From: Candidatus Woesearchaeota archaeon
GTDB taxonomy: Archaea; Nanobdellota; Nanobdellia; Pacearchaeales; GW2011-AR1
NCBI GenBank assembly: GCA_964608525.1
Contig: CAZSNJ010000001.1
Coordinates: 31,639-72,055, forward strand
Direction: 5' to 3'
DNA length: 40,417 bases
The position numbers and the translations under genes were made by a program. Positions 1-8,409 of the stretch are shown here, in pieces. The notes below the pieces were generated by a model, which saw nothing but the letters and a program-made list of their open reading frames with translations, was not told where the DNA came from and did not search any database. Every line of letters begins with the position of its first letter. The stretch's first letter is position 1.

Positions 1-102
1 AACAATTGAATGTGATGGTAAAGAAATTAAAAATGAGATTGATTTCGAAGCTTGATTCTATACTTTATATTATAGGATATAAAATCTTAAATAGTATTTT
101 TT

Positions 103-525
103 ATGAAGATTATTATGAGTATAAAAGAAGGACTTTCCTATCTCCTTGTTGGGTCACTAGCTCTCTTTGGAGGACTTGCAATAGCTAATTATTACTCTCA
201 AAAAATTACAGAACTAAATCTCTCTAGAGTAAATCACTTAAAAAAAGAATTACATCTATTAAATAAAGATAAATTATTATTTGAAGAACCTTCTTCAACA
301 AAAGCACAAGAAAATTTAACCAAATTAAGAAGATTATATAATGAGTATGATTTACTAATAAATGACCCTGAAATAATCTCTAAAATGAAAAAAAAGGAAT
401 TTTATTCTCTTGGAGAGTCCGCAGGAATGGTTCTTCCAGCCTCGTTTGCTCATTTCTTCTATTATGGATTTAGAGAATTAAGAAATAAACGTAGGGAAAA
501 AACATTAGTGGATGTTGAAGCATAA
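103..525 (+). CDS. hypothetical protein with an N-terminal TM helix and a coiled-coil-like centre
   Basis: 140-aa ORF. Hydrophobic LSYLLVGSLALFGGLAIA segment near the N-terminus and a K/E/L-rich middle. No family recognised. Confidence 0.5.
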   Translation: MKIIMSIKEGLSYLLVGSLALFGGLAIANYYSQKITELNLSRVNHLKKELHLLNKDKLLFEEPSSTKAQENLTKLRRLYNEYDLLINDPEIISKMKKKEFYSLGESAGMVLPASFAHFFYYGFRELRNKRREKTLVDVEA

Positions 526-595
526 TATCAATAAAAATTTCTTAAATTCAAAATCGAAGGACTTTTAAACCCTCTTTTTCTTCATAATTTATTCC

Positions 596-609
596 AGGGA
601 TTTAAAATG
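596..609 (+). promoter_or_regulatory. BRE/TATA-like box upstream of the ribosomal protein cluster
   Basis: agggatttaaaatg matches the recurring 14-nt box. Its 3' end is 23 nt from the uL3 ATG at 632, and there is no SD in between. Confidence 0.4.
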
Positions 610-631
610 TTATCCGCAAAATTACTAATAA

Positions 632-1570
632 ATGCCTACAAGAAAATCACCCAGAAAGGGAAGTTTGCAGTTTTGGCCAAGAAAAAGGGTCAATAAACTT
701 TTACCTAGAGTGAACTGGGATTCTATTAATTCTGGGAAAAATCTCAAAGGATTTATTTGTTATAAGGCAGGAATGATGTCTGCTTATGTAAAAGATAATA
801 CTCCTGATTCTATGACTAAAGGTAAAAAAATAATTGTGCCTATTACAGTTCTTGAATGTCCCTCTTTAAAAATATTTTCTGTTAGATTTTATAAAAATGG
901 AGAAGTTATAAAAGAAATACTCGCAGAAAATCTTGATAAGGAATTAAAAAGAAAGGTTAAAATTCCAAAGAAAAATATTAAAAAAATAGATGATATAAAA
1001 GATGAATATGATAATGTAAGAGTAATTGTTTATTCCCAAGTTAAAAAAACAGGAATAAAAAAGACTCCTGATTTAATTGAAATAGGACTTATTGGAAATC
1101 TTGAAGAAAAAATTAAATTTATAAAAGAGAACTTAAATAAAGAAATTTCTGTTTTAGATATTTTTGAAAAAGGAGAATTAGTTGATTTAAGAGGATTAAC
1201 AAAAGGAAAAGGATTACAAGGTCCTGTAAAAAGATTTGGAATTACACTTAAATCTCATAAATCCGAAAAGGGTAGAAGAAGGCCTGGAAGTTTAGGTCCA
1301 TGGCATCCTGCAAGAGTTACTTTTCGTGTTCCGCAAGCAGGGCAATTAGGAACGTTTACAAGAATTGTTTATAATAATAAAATAGTAGATATGGGAAAAT
1401 CAGATGATAAATTAAAAAACATAAAAAATTTTGGAAATATTAAAACAGATTATATTCTTGTTAGAGGTTCAGTTCAAGGACCTTCAAAAAGACAATTATT
1501 AATTACTGCTCCTTTAAGGAAATCAAAAAAACAATTAAAGAAAGATTTTGAATTAATTGAATTAAGATGA
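632..1570 (+). CDS. rpl3: 50S ribosomal protein uL3
   Basis: N-terminus MPTRKSPRKGSLQFWPRKR and the block GFICYKAGM...KGKGLQGPVKRFG are typical of archaeal L3. It is the first gene of the canonical cluster. Confidence 0.95.
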   Translation: MPTRKSPRKGSLQFWPRKRVNKLLPRVNWDSINSGKNLKGFICYKAGMMSAYVKDNTPDSMTKGKKIIVPITVLECPSLKIFSVRFYKNGEVIKEILAENLDKELKRKVKIPKKNIKKIDDIKDEYDNVRVIVYSQVKKTGIKKTPDLIEIGLIGNLEEKIKFIKENLNKEISVLDIFEKGELVDLRGLTKGKGLQGPVKRFGITLKSHKSEKGRRRPGSLGPWHPARVTFRVPQAGQLGTFTRIVYNNKIVDMGKSDDKLKNIKNFGNIKTDYILVRGSVQGPSKRQLLITAPLRKSKKQLKKDFELIELR

Positions 1571-2361
1571 AAGCAAATATATTAGATATAACTGGAAAAG
1601 AAAAAGGAAAAATTGATTTACCTAAATGTTTTTCTCAAAAAGTTAGAGAAGATATTCTTTCTAAGGTTTTAGAAGCTAAAAAAACAAAACAACCTTATTC
1701 TCCATCTCCTGTTGCAGGAAAACAACATTCTGCTAAAGGGAAAGTAATTCATAGACGTCATGTTTGGAGAAGTGGTTATGGAAGAGGCGCATCAAGAGTT
1801 CCAAGAAAAATAATGTCAAGCAAGGGTTCTCAATTTAATTGGGAAGCTGCAGAAATTCCTTTTGCAAAAGGAGGAATGAGAGCACATCCCCCAAAAGTTC
1901 TTTCAATGATTAATACTAAAAAAATAAATAAAAAAGAATTAAAAATTGCATTATTCTCAGCAATAAGTGCAACAGCAAATGAAAAAAAATTAATAAGAAA
2001 ATATGAAAGGCTTAATGAAAAAATTGACAATCTTCCATTAATTGTTGAGTCATCAATAACTTCTTTAAAAGCAAAAGAATTAATTTCTAGCTTAAAAAAA
2101 ATTCTTGGAAAACAATTATTTGATTTAGCATTACAAAAAAAGAAAGTTAGAGCAGGGATTGGAAAAATGAGAGGTAGAAAATACAAAAAAAATGCAGGAT
2201 TATTATTAGTTATTGGAAATAAGGAAAAATTACAAACAAATGCCTTTGACATTGTAAATACAGGTAAATTAAGTGTAACAAATTTAGCTAAAGGTGGCTC
2301 AGGAAGACTTACTCTCTATACCGAACAATCAATTAAAGAATTAGGAGAAAGATTCAAATGA
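1567..2361 (+). CDS. rpl4: 50S ribosomal protein uL4
   Basis: Follows uL3 with a 4-nt ATGA overlap. Motifs HRRHVWRSGYGRGASRVPR and RAGIGKMRGRKYK are typical of L4/L1e. Confidence 0.93.
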   Translation: MKANILDITGKEKGKIDLPKCFSQKVREDILSKVLEAKKTKQPYSPSPVAGKQHSAKGKVIHRRHVWRSGYGRGASRVPRKIMSSKGSQFNWEAAEIPFAKGGMRAHPPKVLSMINTKKINKKELKIALFSAISATANEKKLIRKYERLNEKIDNLPLIVESSITSLKAKELISSLKKILGKQLFDLALQKKKVRAGIGKMRGRKYKKNAGLLLVIGNKEKLQTNAFDIVNTGKLSVTNLAKGGSGRLTLYTEQSIKELGERFK

Positions 2362-2594
2362 AACTTTTAGCAACTGAAAAAGCAGTAATGATGATTGAAT
2401 CACAAAATGTCTTAACATTCAGAACAGATATGAATAAAACAAAAAAAGATATAAAAAAGGAAATTGAAGGTTTATTTGATGTTAAAATTGAAAAAATTAG
2501 AACATTAATTAAAGGAAACAAAAAATATGCTTATGTTAAATTAAAAAAAGAATTTCCTGCAATTGATTTAGCAACGAAATTAGGATTAATGTAA
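2358..2594 (+). CDS. rpl23: 50S ribosomal protein uL23
   Basis: 78 aa in the canonical position, with a 4-nt overlap. TEKAVMMIESQNVLTFRTD...KKYAYVKL is L23-like. Confidence 0.92.
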   Translation: MKLLATEKAVMMIESQNVLTFRTDMNKTKKDIKKEIEGLFDVKIEKIRTLIKGNKKYAYVKLKKEFPAIDLATKLGLM

Positions 2595-2595
2595 A

Positions 2596-3294
2596 ATGGG
2601 AAAAAGAATAATTACACAAGCTAGAGGAAAAGGAAGCCATACTTATAGAGTTAAGAAAAAAGCATTTAGATACAAACTTCAATATCCATCAAAACTTAAA
2701 GGACATGGTATTGTTATTAAATTATTTAATTCAGCAGCTCATAGTTCCCCTTTAGCGAAAATAAAATATGAAAAAGGAATTTTTTATATTCCTGCATTTA
2801 AAGAAATGGTTGAAGGACAAGAAATAAATTTTGAAGGAAAGGATATTAAACAAGGAAATATAACTGAATTAAAAAATATCCCTGTAAAAACAAAAATTTA
2901 TAATATTGAGTCAAGACCTCGAGATGGAGGGGTTTTTATAAAAAGTGCAGGAAATTCAGCAGTAATTAGTAGAATAATTGAAAAAGATATATATGTATTA
3001 ATGCCTTCAAAAAAAGAAAAGAAATTTAATCCAAATTGCAGAGCAATAATTGGAGTAATTGCAGGAGCTGGAAGATTAGATAAACCAGTTGTTAAAGCTG
3101 GTAAAAAATTTCATATTAAAAAATCAAAAAGTAAATTATGGCCTAGAACTTCAGCTGTTAAAATGAATGCGATAGATCATCCATTTGGTTCAGGAAGAGC
3201 AAAAAATCCAAAAAGCAAGATTGCTAAAAGAAATGCTCCTCCAGGAAGAAAAGTAGGATTATTAAGGCCGAAAAGAACTGGTAAAAGAAAATAA
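2596..3294 (+). CDS. rpl2: 50S ribosomal protein uL2
   Basis: MGKRIITQARGKGS start, IYNIESRPRDGGVFIKSAGNSAVI block and a basic C-terminal tail. Canonical position. Confidence 0.95.
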   Translation: MGKRIITQARGKGSHTYRVKKKAFRYKLQYPSKLKGHGIVIKLFNSAAHSSPLAKIKYEKGIFYIPAFKEMVEGQEINFEGKDIKQGNITELKNIPVKTKIYNIESRPRDGGVFIKSAGNSAVISRIIEKDIYVLMPSKKEKKFNPNCRAIIGVIAGAGRLDKPVVKAGKKFHIKKSKSKLWPRTSAVKMNAIDHPFGSGRAKNPKSKIAKRNAPPGRKVGLLRPKRTGKRK

Positions 3295-3295
3295 A

Positions 3296-3691
3296 ATGGA
3301 AATACAAAAAAAACAATTTACATTTAAAGGAAAAACACTAGAAGAATTAAAAACTCTAGATGTTAGAGAATTTGCAAAATTATTAAAATCAAGGCAAAGA
3401 AGAACTGTTCTTAGAAATTTTCAGGAAATTGAAGAATTTATTAGCAGATCTAAGAAAAAAATAGGAAACAACAAACCAATAAAAACTCATAAAAGAGATT
3501 TAGTAATTGTCCCAGACATGATTGGTATGAAAATTCAAATCTATAATGGACGAAATTTTATTCAGGTAGAAGTAATAAAAGAAATGTTAGGACATAAATT
3601 TGGAGAATTTGCTCTAACTCGTGGAAGAGTAAAACATGGAAAGGTCGGTGTAGGCGCAACTAAAGGATCAAAAGCAAAAGCTAAAAAATAA
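3296..3691 (+). CDS. rps19: 30S ribosomal protein uS19
   Basis: Block MIGMKIQIYNGRNFIQVEVIKEMLGHKFGEFALTR is typical of S19. Canonical position. Confidence 0.95.
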   Translation: MEIQKKQFTFKGKTLEELKTLDVREFAKLLKSRQRRTVLRNFQEIEEFISRSKKKIGNNKPIKTHKRDLVIVPDMIGMKIQIYNGRNFIQVEVIKEMLGHKFGEFALTRGRVKHGKVGVGATKGSKAKAKK

Positions 3692-3693
3692 AA

Positions 3694-4263
3694 ATGACAG
3701 AAAAAGATTATAATCCAGAAAAAAAACAAATGAAAGCGATGAAAAAACAAGAACTAGCAAGTGCTCCAAAAAAAATAGTTGATGTGCCTCAAGTTAAATC
3801 AGAAAAAGATGAAAAAGTCATTGAAAAGAAGGAAGTTAAATCATCTAAAAAAGAAACTCCTAAAATCAAAAAAACAATTGCAGTTGTTAATGGAAGAAGT
3901 TTACCCATTTCAACAAAACATTCAGTTGCAATCTGCAATTTTATTAAAGGGAAAAAAATAGAAAATGCAATATCTGATTTAGAACAAGTACTTAGTTATA
4001 AAAAAGCAGTTCCAATGAAAGGAGAAATCCCACATAGAAAAGGAAAAATAATGTCTGGCAGATATCCAAAAAAAGCAGTAGAACATTTTATAAAATTATT
4101 AAAAAGCCTTCTCTCAAATTCAAGTGAATTAAATAATCCAATAATTACTGATGCTATTGCAAATCTTGGCTCAAGACCTTATAGTAAATTTGGGGCAGTA
4201 AGAAAAAAAAGAAGTCATGTTAAAATTATTGCGAGGGAGAAAAAATGGAAGAAAAAAAAGTAA
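3694..4263 (+). CDS. rpl22: 50S ribosomal protein uL22 with a Lys-rich N-terminal extension
   Basis: The core from about aa 62 (IAVVNGRSLPISTKHSVAICNFIKGKKIENAISDLEQV) is L22-like. The first ~60 aa are K/E-rich low complexity. Confidence 0.9.
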   Translation: MTEKDYNPEKKQMKAMKKQELASAPKKIVDVPQVKSEKDEKVIEKKEVKSSKKETPKIKKTIAVVNGRSLPISTKHSVAICNFIKGKKIENAISDLEQVLSYKKAVPMKGEIPHRKGKIMSGRYPKKAVEHFIKLLKSLLSNSSELNNPIITDAIANLGSRPYSKFGAVRKKRSHVKIIAREKKWKKKK

Positions 4264-4916
4264 TTAAACTCAAAAAAGAAGAATTTGCAATTAGAGAATC
4301 TATAAAAAAATCACTTGGAAAGGGAAAAATAAGTAAAGTTAGAATAGAATATACACCAATTGGAGAAAAAATAATTATTTCAACAAACAAACCTGGATTA
4401 GTTATTGGACGTGGTGGAGAAAAAATAGGAGAATTAACAAGAATCTTAAAAACTAAATTTAAACTTGAAAATCCTCATATTGAAATAGATGAGATACTAG
4501 AATTTGAATTTGATGCACAAATAATGGCAGATGAAATTGCTCTTGGATTAGAACGATTTGGACCTTTAAAATTCAAAGTTATTTCATATAGAACTCTAGA
4601 AAAAATAATGAAAGCAGGAGCACTTGGAGTTGAAATAAGATTAAGTGGAAAACTTCCTGGTGCAAGAGCAAAATCATGGAGATTTGCTCAAGGATATTTA
4701 AAAAAAGCAGGAGATAGTGCAAAAGTAGTTGATCGGGCACAATCAAGAGCTCAAACAAAACCTGGTGTCGTTGGAGTAAAAGTAAGTATTCTCTCGCCTC
4801 ATGCAAAACTTGTAGATAAAGTAAATATTGATGACAAACTTATTGAAAAATTAAAAATCAATTCAGAAAAACCTGAAGAGAAAATAAAAATTAAAAAGAA
4901 AACAAAGAAAAAATGA
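4245..4916 (+). CDS. rps3: 30S ribosomal protein uS3
   Basis: KH-domain block PGLVIGRGGEKIGELTRILK and the C-terminal S3 domain (RLSGKLPGARAKSWRFAQGYL). Canonical position. Confidence 0.93.
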   Translation: MEEKKVIKLKKEEFAIRESIKKSLGKGKISKVRIEYTPIGEKIIISTNKPGLVIGRGGEKIGELTRILKTKFKLENPHIEIDEILEFEFDAQIMADEIALGLERFGPLKFKVISYRTLEKIMKAGALGVEIRLSGKLPGARAKSWRFAQGYLKKAGDSAKVVDRAQSRAQTKPGVVGVKVSILSPHAKLVDKVNIDDKLIEKLKINSEKPEEKIKIKKKTKKK

Positions 4917-5089
4917 GTGCTTTAAAATTCAAAGATATTAAAAAAATGGAAAAAACTGAAAGAGACAAAAAGCTAAAAGAACTAAAAATGGAATTAGTTA
5001 AATCAAAAGTAAATGCTTCCAAATCAGGAAGTTCAAAAATCAAAGAAATTAAAAAAATTATTGCAAGAATATTAACACTCAATAAATAA
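4913..5089 (+). CDS. rpl29: 50S ribosomal protein uL29
   Basis: Hand-translated 58-aa ORF, below the ORF-track cutoff: MSALKFKDIKKMEKTERDKKLKELKMELVKSKVNASKSGSSKIKEIKKIIARILTLNK. Its ATG overlaps the uS3 stop (ATGA). Position and helical K/E pattern fit L29. Confidence 0.8.
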   Translation: MSALKFKDIKKMEKTERDKKLKELKMELVKSKVNASKSGSSKIKEIKKIIARILTLNK

Positions 5090-5090
5090 C

Positions 5091-5387
5091 ATGGAAATAT
5101 GTCCAAAATGTGGCTTGCCTAAGCAAGCATGTGTATGTGAACAAATCGTAAAGAGTTCACAGAAGATAAAAGTAACAACTGACAAGAAGCGATATGGAAA
5201 GATTGTCACAATTGTTACTGGATTTGAGCATGGAATTGATGTAAAAAAAATCGCAAAAGCTCTAAAAAATGAGCTTGCTTGTGGTGGGACTTACAAAGAT
5301 AACATGATAGAGCTTCAAGGATTCCATAAAAACAAGATAAAAGAAATCTTGGTTAAACTTGGATTTGAAGAAGAATCAATTGATTAA
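5091..5387 (+). CDS. translation initiation factor SUI1/aIF1 family
   Basis: N-terminal CPKCGLPKQACVC zinc knuckle followed by KRYGKIVTIVTGFE...LACGGTYKDNMIELQG, which is typical of SUI1. Confidence 0.9.
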   Translation: MEICPKCGLPKQACVCEQIVKSSQKIKVTTDKKRYGKIVTIVTGFEHGIDVKKIAKALKNELACGGTYKDNMIELQGFHKNKIKEILVKLGFEEESID

Positions 5388-5405
5388 AAACATACACTAA
5401 ACAAA

Positions 5406-5762
5406 ATGAAAATGAAGAAAAAAACAGAAACAAAAATAGAAGAAGTAAAAATAGTTGGAACTAGATGCGATGATAAAAATTGTCATATTCATGGAAGTCT
5501 AAAAGTTAGGGGAAGAACTTTTGAAGGGAAGGTAATTAAAAAATTCCACAAAAGAATTACAATTGAATTTACTAGAATGATTTATATAAGAAAATATGAA
5601 AGATATGCTAAATCGAGAACAAAAATTCATGCAAGACTTCCTGTTTGTATGGAAGATAAAATTAATATTGGAGATTTAATAAAAATACAAGAATGCAGAC
5701 CATTAAGTAAAATTATACATTTCGCAGTCATTGGAAAAGTAAATAAGGAGAAGAAAAAATGA
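5406..5762 (+). CDS. rps17: 30S ribosomal protein uS17
   Basis: Blocks RGRTFEGKVIKKFHKRITIEF and GDLIKIQECRPLSK are S17-like. Canonical position. Confidence 0.9.
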   Translation: MKMKKKTETKIEEVKIVGTRCDDKNCHIHGSLKVRGRTFEGKVIKKFHKRITIEFTRMIYIRKYERYAKSRTKIHARLPVCMEDKINIGDLIKIQECRPLSKIIHFAVIGKVNKEKKK

Positions 5763-6160
5763 AAGCAATATCAGCAAAAGTTACACCTGGATTGAATTTA
5801 GGAGCATATATGGTATCATCCGATAATAGTGGAGCAAAGATAGTTAAATTAGTATCTGTCAAAAGAGCAAAAGCAAAAAAAGGTAAACAAGTTTGTGCAA
5901 AAATTGCTGATTGGGTAAAAGTTAGTATAAGAAAAGGAATTCCTGATATGAAAGGAAAAGTTTTTGATGCTGTTGTTATAAGGCAGAAAAAATCATATAG
6001 AAGACTTAATGGAGAAAGAATAGCATTTGAAGATAATGCTGTTGCAATATTAAAAGATGAAAAAGGAAACCCGAAAGGAACTCAAATTAAAGGACCAATT
6101 GCAAGGGAGGTAATGGAGCGATTTCCAAGCGTTGGAAAAATTGCTTCAATTGTATATTAA
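5759..6160 (+). CDS. rpl14: 50S ribosomal protein uL14
   Basis: Blocks VSSDNSGAKIVKLVSV and AVVIRQKKSYRRLNGERIAFEDNA are typical of L14. 4-nt overlap with uS17. Confidence 0.95.
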   Translation: MKAISAKVTPGLNLGAYMVSSDNSGAKIVKLVSVKRAKAKKGKQVCAKIADWVKVSIRKGIPDMKGKVFDAVVIRQKKSYRRLNGERIAFEDNAVAILKDEKGNPKGTQIKGPIAREVMERFPSVGKIASIVY

Positions 6161-6410
6161 AGTGGAAAACAAAAAGGGATATTTAAGCGGAGGACATGCA
6201 ATTAATGAAATGATAAATATATTGGGAGATATATGGAGACAGGAAGCATTAATGCCATTTTATAATAATAGTCTTGAATTGATAAATAAAAATTATTCTA
6301 AAGCGAGAGATTCTGCAATAGCTTTTGGAAAAGATGTATCTAAATATCCGAAAAGAATAAGATGGCAAACTGCTGGATTAGAAATAGTTGAGGGGGTAAG
6401 AAGTTTATAA
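6132..6410 (+). CDS. hypothetical protein inserted between uL14 and uL24
   Basis: The ORF-track start is a TTG inside uL14. An in-frame GTG at 6162 lies 1 nt after the uL14 stop. The ORF ends 1 nt before the uL24 ATG. Composition is not r-protein-like and no family is recognised. Confidence 0.45.
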   Translation: MEKLLQLYIKVENKKGYLSGGHAINEMINILGDIWRQEALMPFYNNSLELINKNYSKARDSAIAFGKDVSKYPKRIRWQTAGLEIVEGVRSL

Positions 6411-6411
6411 A

Positions 6412-6855
6412 ATGAAAAAAGAATTTAGCAAACACTGGAAAGCAAGTAAACAACCAAGAAAACAAAGAAAATACTTAGCTAATGCTCCATTACATATTAG
6501 AAAAAAGTTTATCAGTGTTAATTTATCAAAAGAATTAAGAAAAAAATACAAGAAAAGAAATGTTCCTCTAAAAAAAGGAGATATTGTAAAAGTTATGAGA
6601 GGAAAATTTAAGAAGAAACAAGGAAAAGTAATAGAAGTAAAATTAAAATTATCTAAGATAATAATTGAAGGAATTCAAGTAAAGAAACAAGATGGCTCAA
6701 AAGTAAATGTGAAATTGCAACCTTCAAATTTACAAATTACTGAATTAAATTTAGACGATAGAAAACGTGGAAGAGTTTTAGGAAAAGATATTATTGAAGA
6801 ATCAAAACAAATAAAAGAAAAACCAAAAGAAGAACTTAAGGAGGGAAAAAAGTAA
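6412..6855 (+). CDS. rpl24: 50S ribosomal protein uL24
   Basis: KOW block PLKKGDIVKVMRGKFKKKQGKVIEV. Canonical position. Confidence 0.92.
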   Translation: MKKEFSKHWKASKQPRKQRKYLANAPLHIRKKFISVNLSKELRKKYKKRNVPLKKGDIVKVMRGKFKKKQGKVIEVKLKLSKIIIEGIQVKKQDGSKVNVKLQPSNLQITELNLDDRKRGRVLGKDIIEESKQIKEKPKEELKEGKK

Positions 6856-6856
6856 A

Positions 6857-7279
6857 ATGAATTGCCTTTTAGATCAAGAATTATTTTCACTATTAGATGT
6901 TATTAGTCCTACTAGAATAGGTTTTTTTGAAAGTGAAGAAGACCCTATGAGTTATCAAGGAACCTCTTTTTGGGGACCAAGAGAATATTACCCTCTTCCA
7001 AGTTTTGAGATAAATATCGCTTTTAATGAAGAATCTCAAACTTTTATATTATTGCATGAAATATTACATTATCGTAAAGAATATCTTGATCCAAAAAAGT
7101 ATGCTATGTGTGATGACAAACTTGAGAACAAAATAGATAATGAAGCAATAATAATATTTGAAAAAGATTCTCAAATAAAAGATTATCTCACAAGACAATT
7201 AAAATCCGCAAAAAATTTAATTAAGTTGCATGAATCAGATAATAAACTAAAATTAGAAGGAAATTTACAATGCACTTAA
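6857..7279 (+). CDS. hypothetical HExxH-motif protein inserted between uL24 and eS4
   Basis: 140-aa ORF starting 1 nt after the uL24 stop, with a ggaggg SD-like run upstream. It overlaps the eS4 start by 10 nt. Contains FILLHEILHY (HExxH). Acidic and not r-protein-like. Confidence 0.5.
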   Translation: MNCLLDQELFSLLDVISPTRIGFFESEEDPMSYQGTSFWGPREYYPLPSFEINIAFNEESQTFILLHEILHYRKEYLDPKKYAMCDDKLENKIDNEAIIIFEKDSQIKDYLTRQLKSAKNLIKLHESDNKLKLEGNLQCT

Positions 7280-7908
7280 AAAGACAAAAAACACCCAAAA
7301 ATTGGCCAATACCTAGAAAGGGAACTGCTTATGTAGTTAGACCTAACAATAATCTAAAAAATAGTATCCCTATATTGATTGTTTTAAGAGATATACTGAA
7401 ACTTGCTCAAAATAGAAAAGAAGTAAAAAAAGCAATACACTCAAAACATATTTTACTTAATAACAGAATAGTAAAAGATGAAAAAAATCCAATGTTACTA
7501 TTTGACCTTTTATCCATTGTTCCTTCAAAAAAACATTATAGAATGGAACTATCAAATAAGGGGAAATTTCAAATAAAAGAAACAGAAACAAATAAGAAAA
7601 TATCTAAAATCATAAATAAGAAAATATTAAAAGGGAAGAAGATACAATTAAATTTAAGTGATGGGAAAAACTTCTTATCAGACATTAAATGTCATGTAAA
7701 TGATTCTGTTTTAATTAATCTTAAGGATAAAAAAATAGAAAAGTGTATTCCCTTAAAAGAAAAAGCAAAGATAATTATTATTGGAGGAAAACATACAGGG
7801 GAAACAGGAATAATAAACAAGATAAATTCAGAAAGAAAAATTACAGAATCAGTTATTAACAAGAAAAATGTTAATGTTTTAATTAAACAATTAATGGTAA
7901 TAGAATAA
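7270..7908 (+). CDS. rps4e: 30S ribosomal protein eS4
   Basis: N-terminus MHLKRQKTPKNWPIPRKGTAYVVRP is diagnostic of S4e. Canonical position. Confidence 0.93.
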   Translation: MHLKRQKTPKNWPIPRKGTAYVVRPNNNLKNSIPILIVLRDILKLAQNRKEVKKAIHSKHILLNNRIVKDEKNPMLLFDLLSIVPSKKHYRMELSNKGKFQIKETETNKKISKIINKKILKGKKIQLNLSDGKNFLSDIKCHVNDSVLINLKDKKIEKCIPLKEKAKIIIIGGKHTGETGIINKINSERKITESVINKKNVNVLIKQLMVIE

Positions 7909-8408
7909 TGAAAGATAATATTATGAGAAATATAAAAATAGAAAAAGTTGTTTTAAGTGTAGGTGGAACTAAGGAAGAATTAGAAAAAGGAGTAAAACTT
8001 TTAAGTCTGCTTACAAATAAAAAACCTGCAAAAATGAAATCAAAAAAAAGAATACCTTCATTAGAAGTAAGGCCTGGTTTAGAAGTAGGAGCAGTTGTAA
8101 CTATAAGAAAAAATGCTAAAGAACTTTTAAAAAAAATGTTAATTACAATAGATAATAAATTAAAGAAAAAACAAATAAGTGAGAATAACTTTTCCTTTGG
8201 AATAAAGGAATATATTGAAATTCCTGGAGTAGAATATCAAAGAGAAATTGGAATTATGGGATTTGACATAACTGTAGTATTTATTAGATCTGGAAGAAGA
8301 GTAAAATTAAAAAAAATAAAGAGAGGAAAAATACCTAAAAGACAAATAATCTCTCCAGATGAAATAATTAAATTTATGGAAGAAAATTTCCAGACAGAAT
8401 TTATTTAA
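7908..8408 (+). CDS. rpl5: 50S ribosomal protein uL5
   Basis: Blocks IEKVVLSVGG and NFSFGIKEYIEIPGVEYQREIGIMGFDITV are L5-like. Confidence 0.93.
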   Translation: MKDNIMRNIKIEKVVLSVGGTKEELEKGVKLLSLLTNKKPAKMKSKKRIPSLEVRPGLEVGAVVTIRKNAKELLKKMLITIDNKLKKKQISENNFSFGIKEYIEIPGVEYQREIGIMGFDITVVFIRSGRRVKLKKIKRGKIPKRQIISPDEIIKFMEENFQTEFI

Positions 8409-8409
8409 A

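Noticed and set aside
6-188. 60-aa plus-strand ORF at the window start, and 3779-3961(+), an alternative frame inside uL22.
   Set aside because: They overlap better-supported ORFs in another frame (103-525 and uL22). They have no motif and no start context.
1830-2252. 140-aa minus-strand ORF antisense to uL4. ORFs of the same kind are antisense to known genes: 3562-3750, 4579-4806, 4891-5106, 6675-6890, 8581-8847, 9039-9224, 9877-10281, 11514-11804, 12697-12885, 14645-14890.
   Set aside because: All lie fully inside confidently identified genes on the other strand. Their F/L/I/S-rich low-complexity translations are the mirror image of K/E/N-rich coding frames in AT-rich DNA. None has a promoter box or a coupled start.
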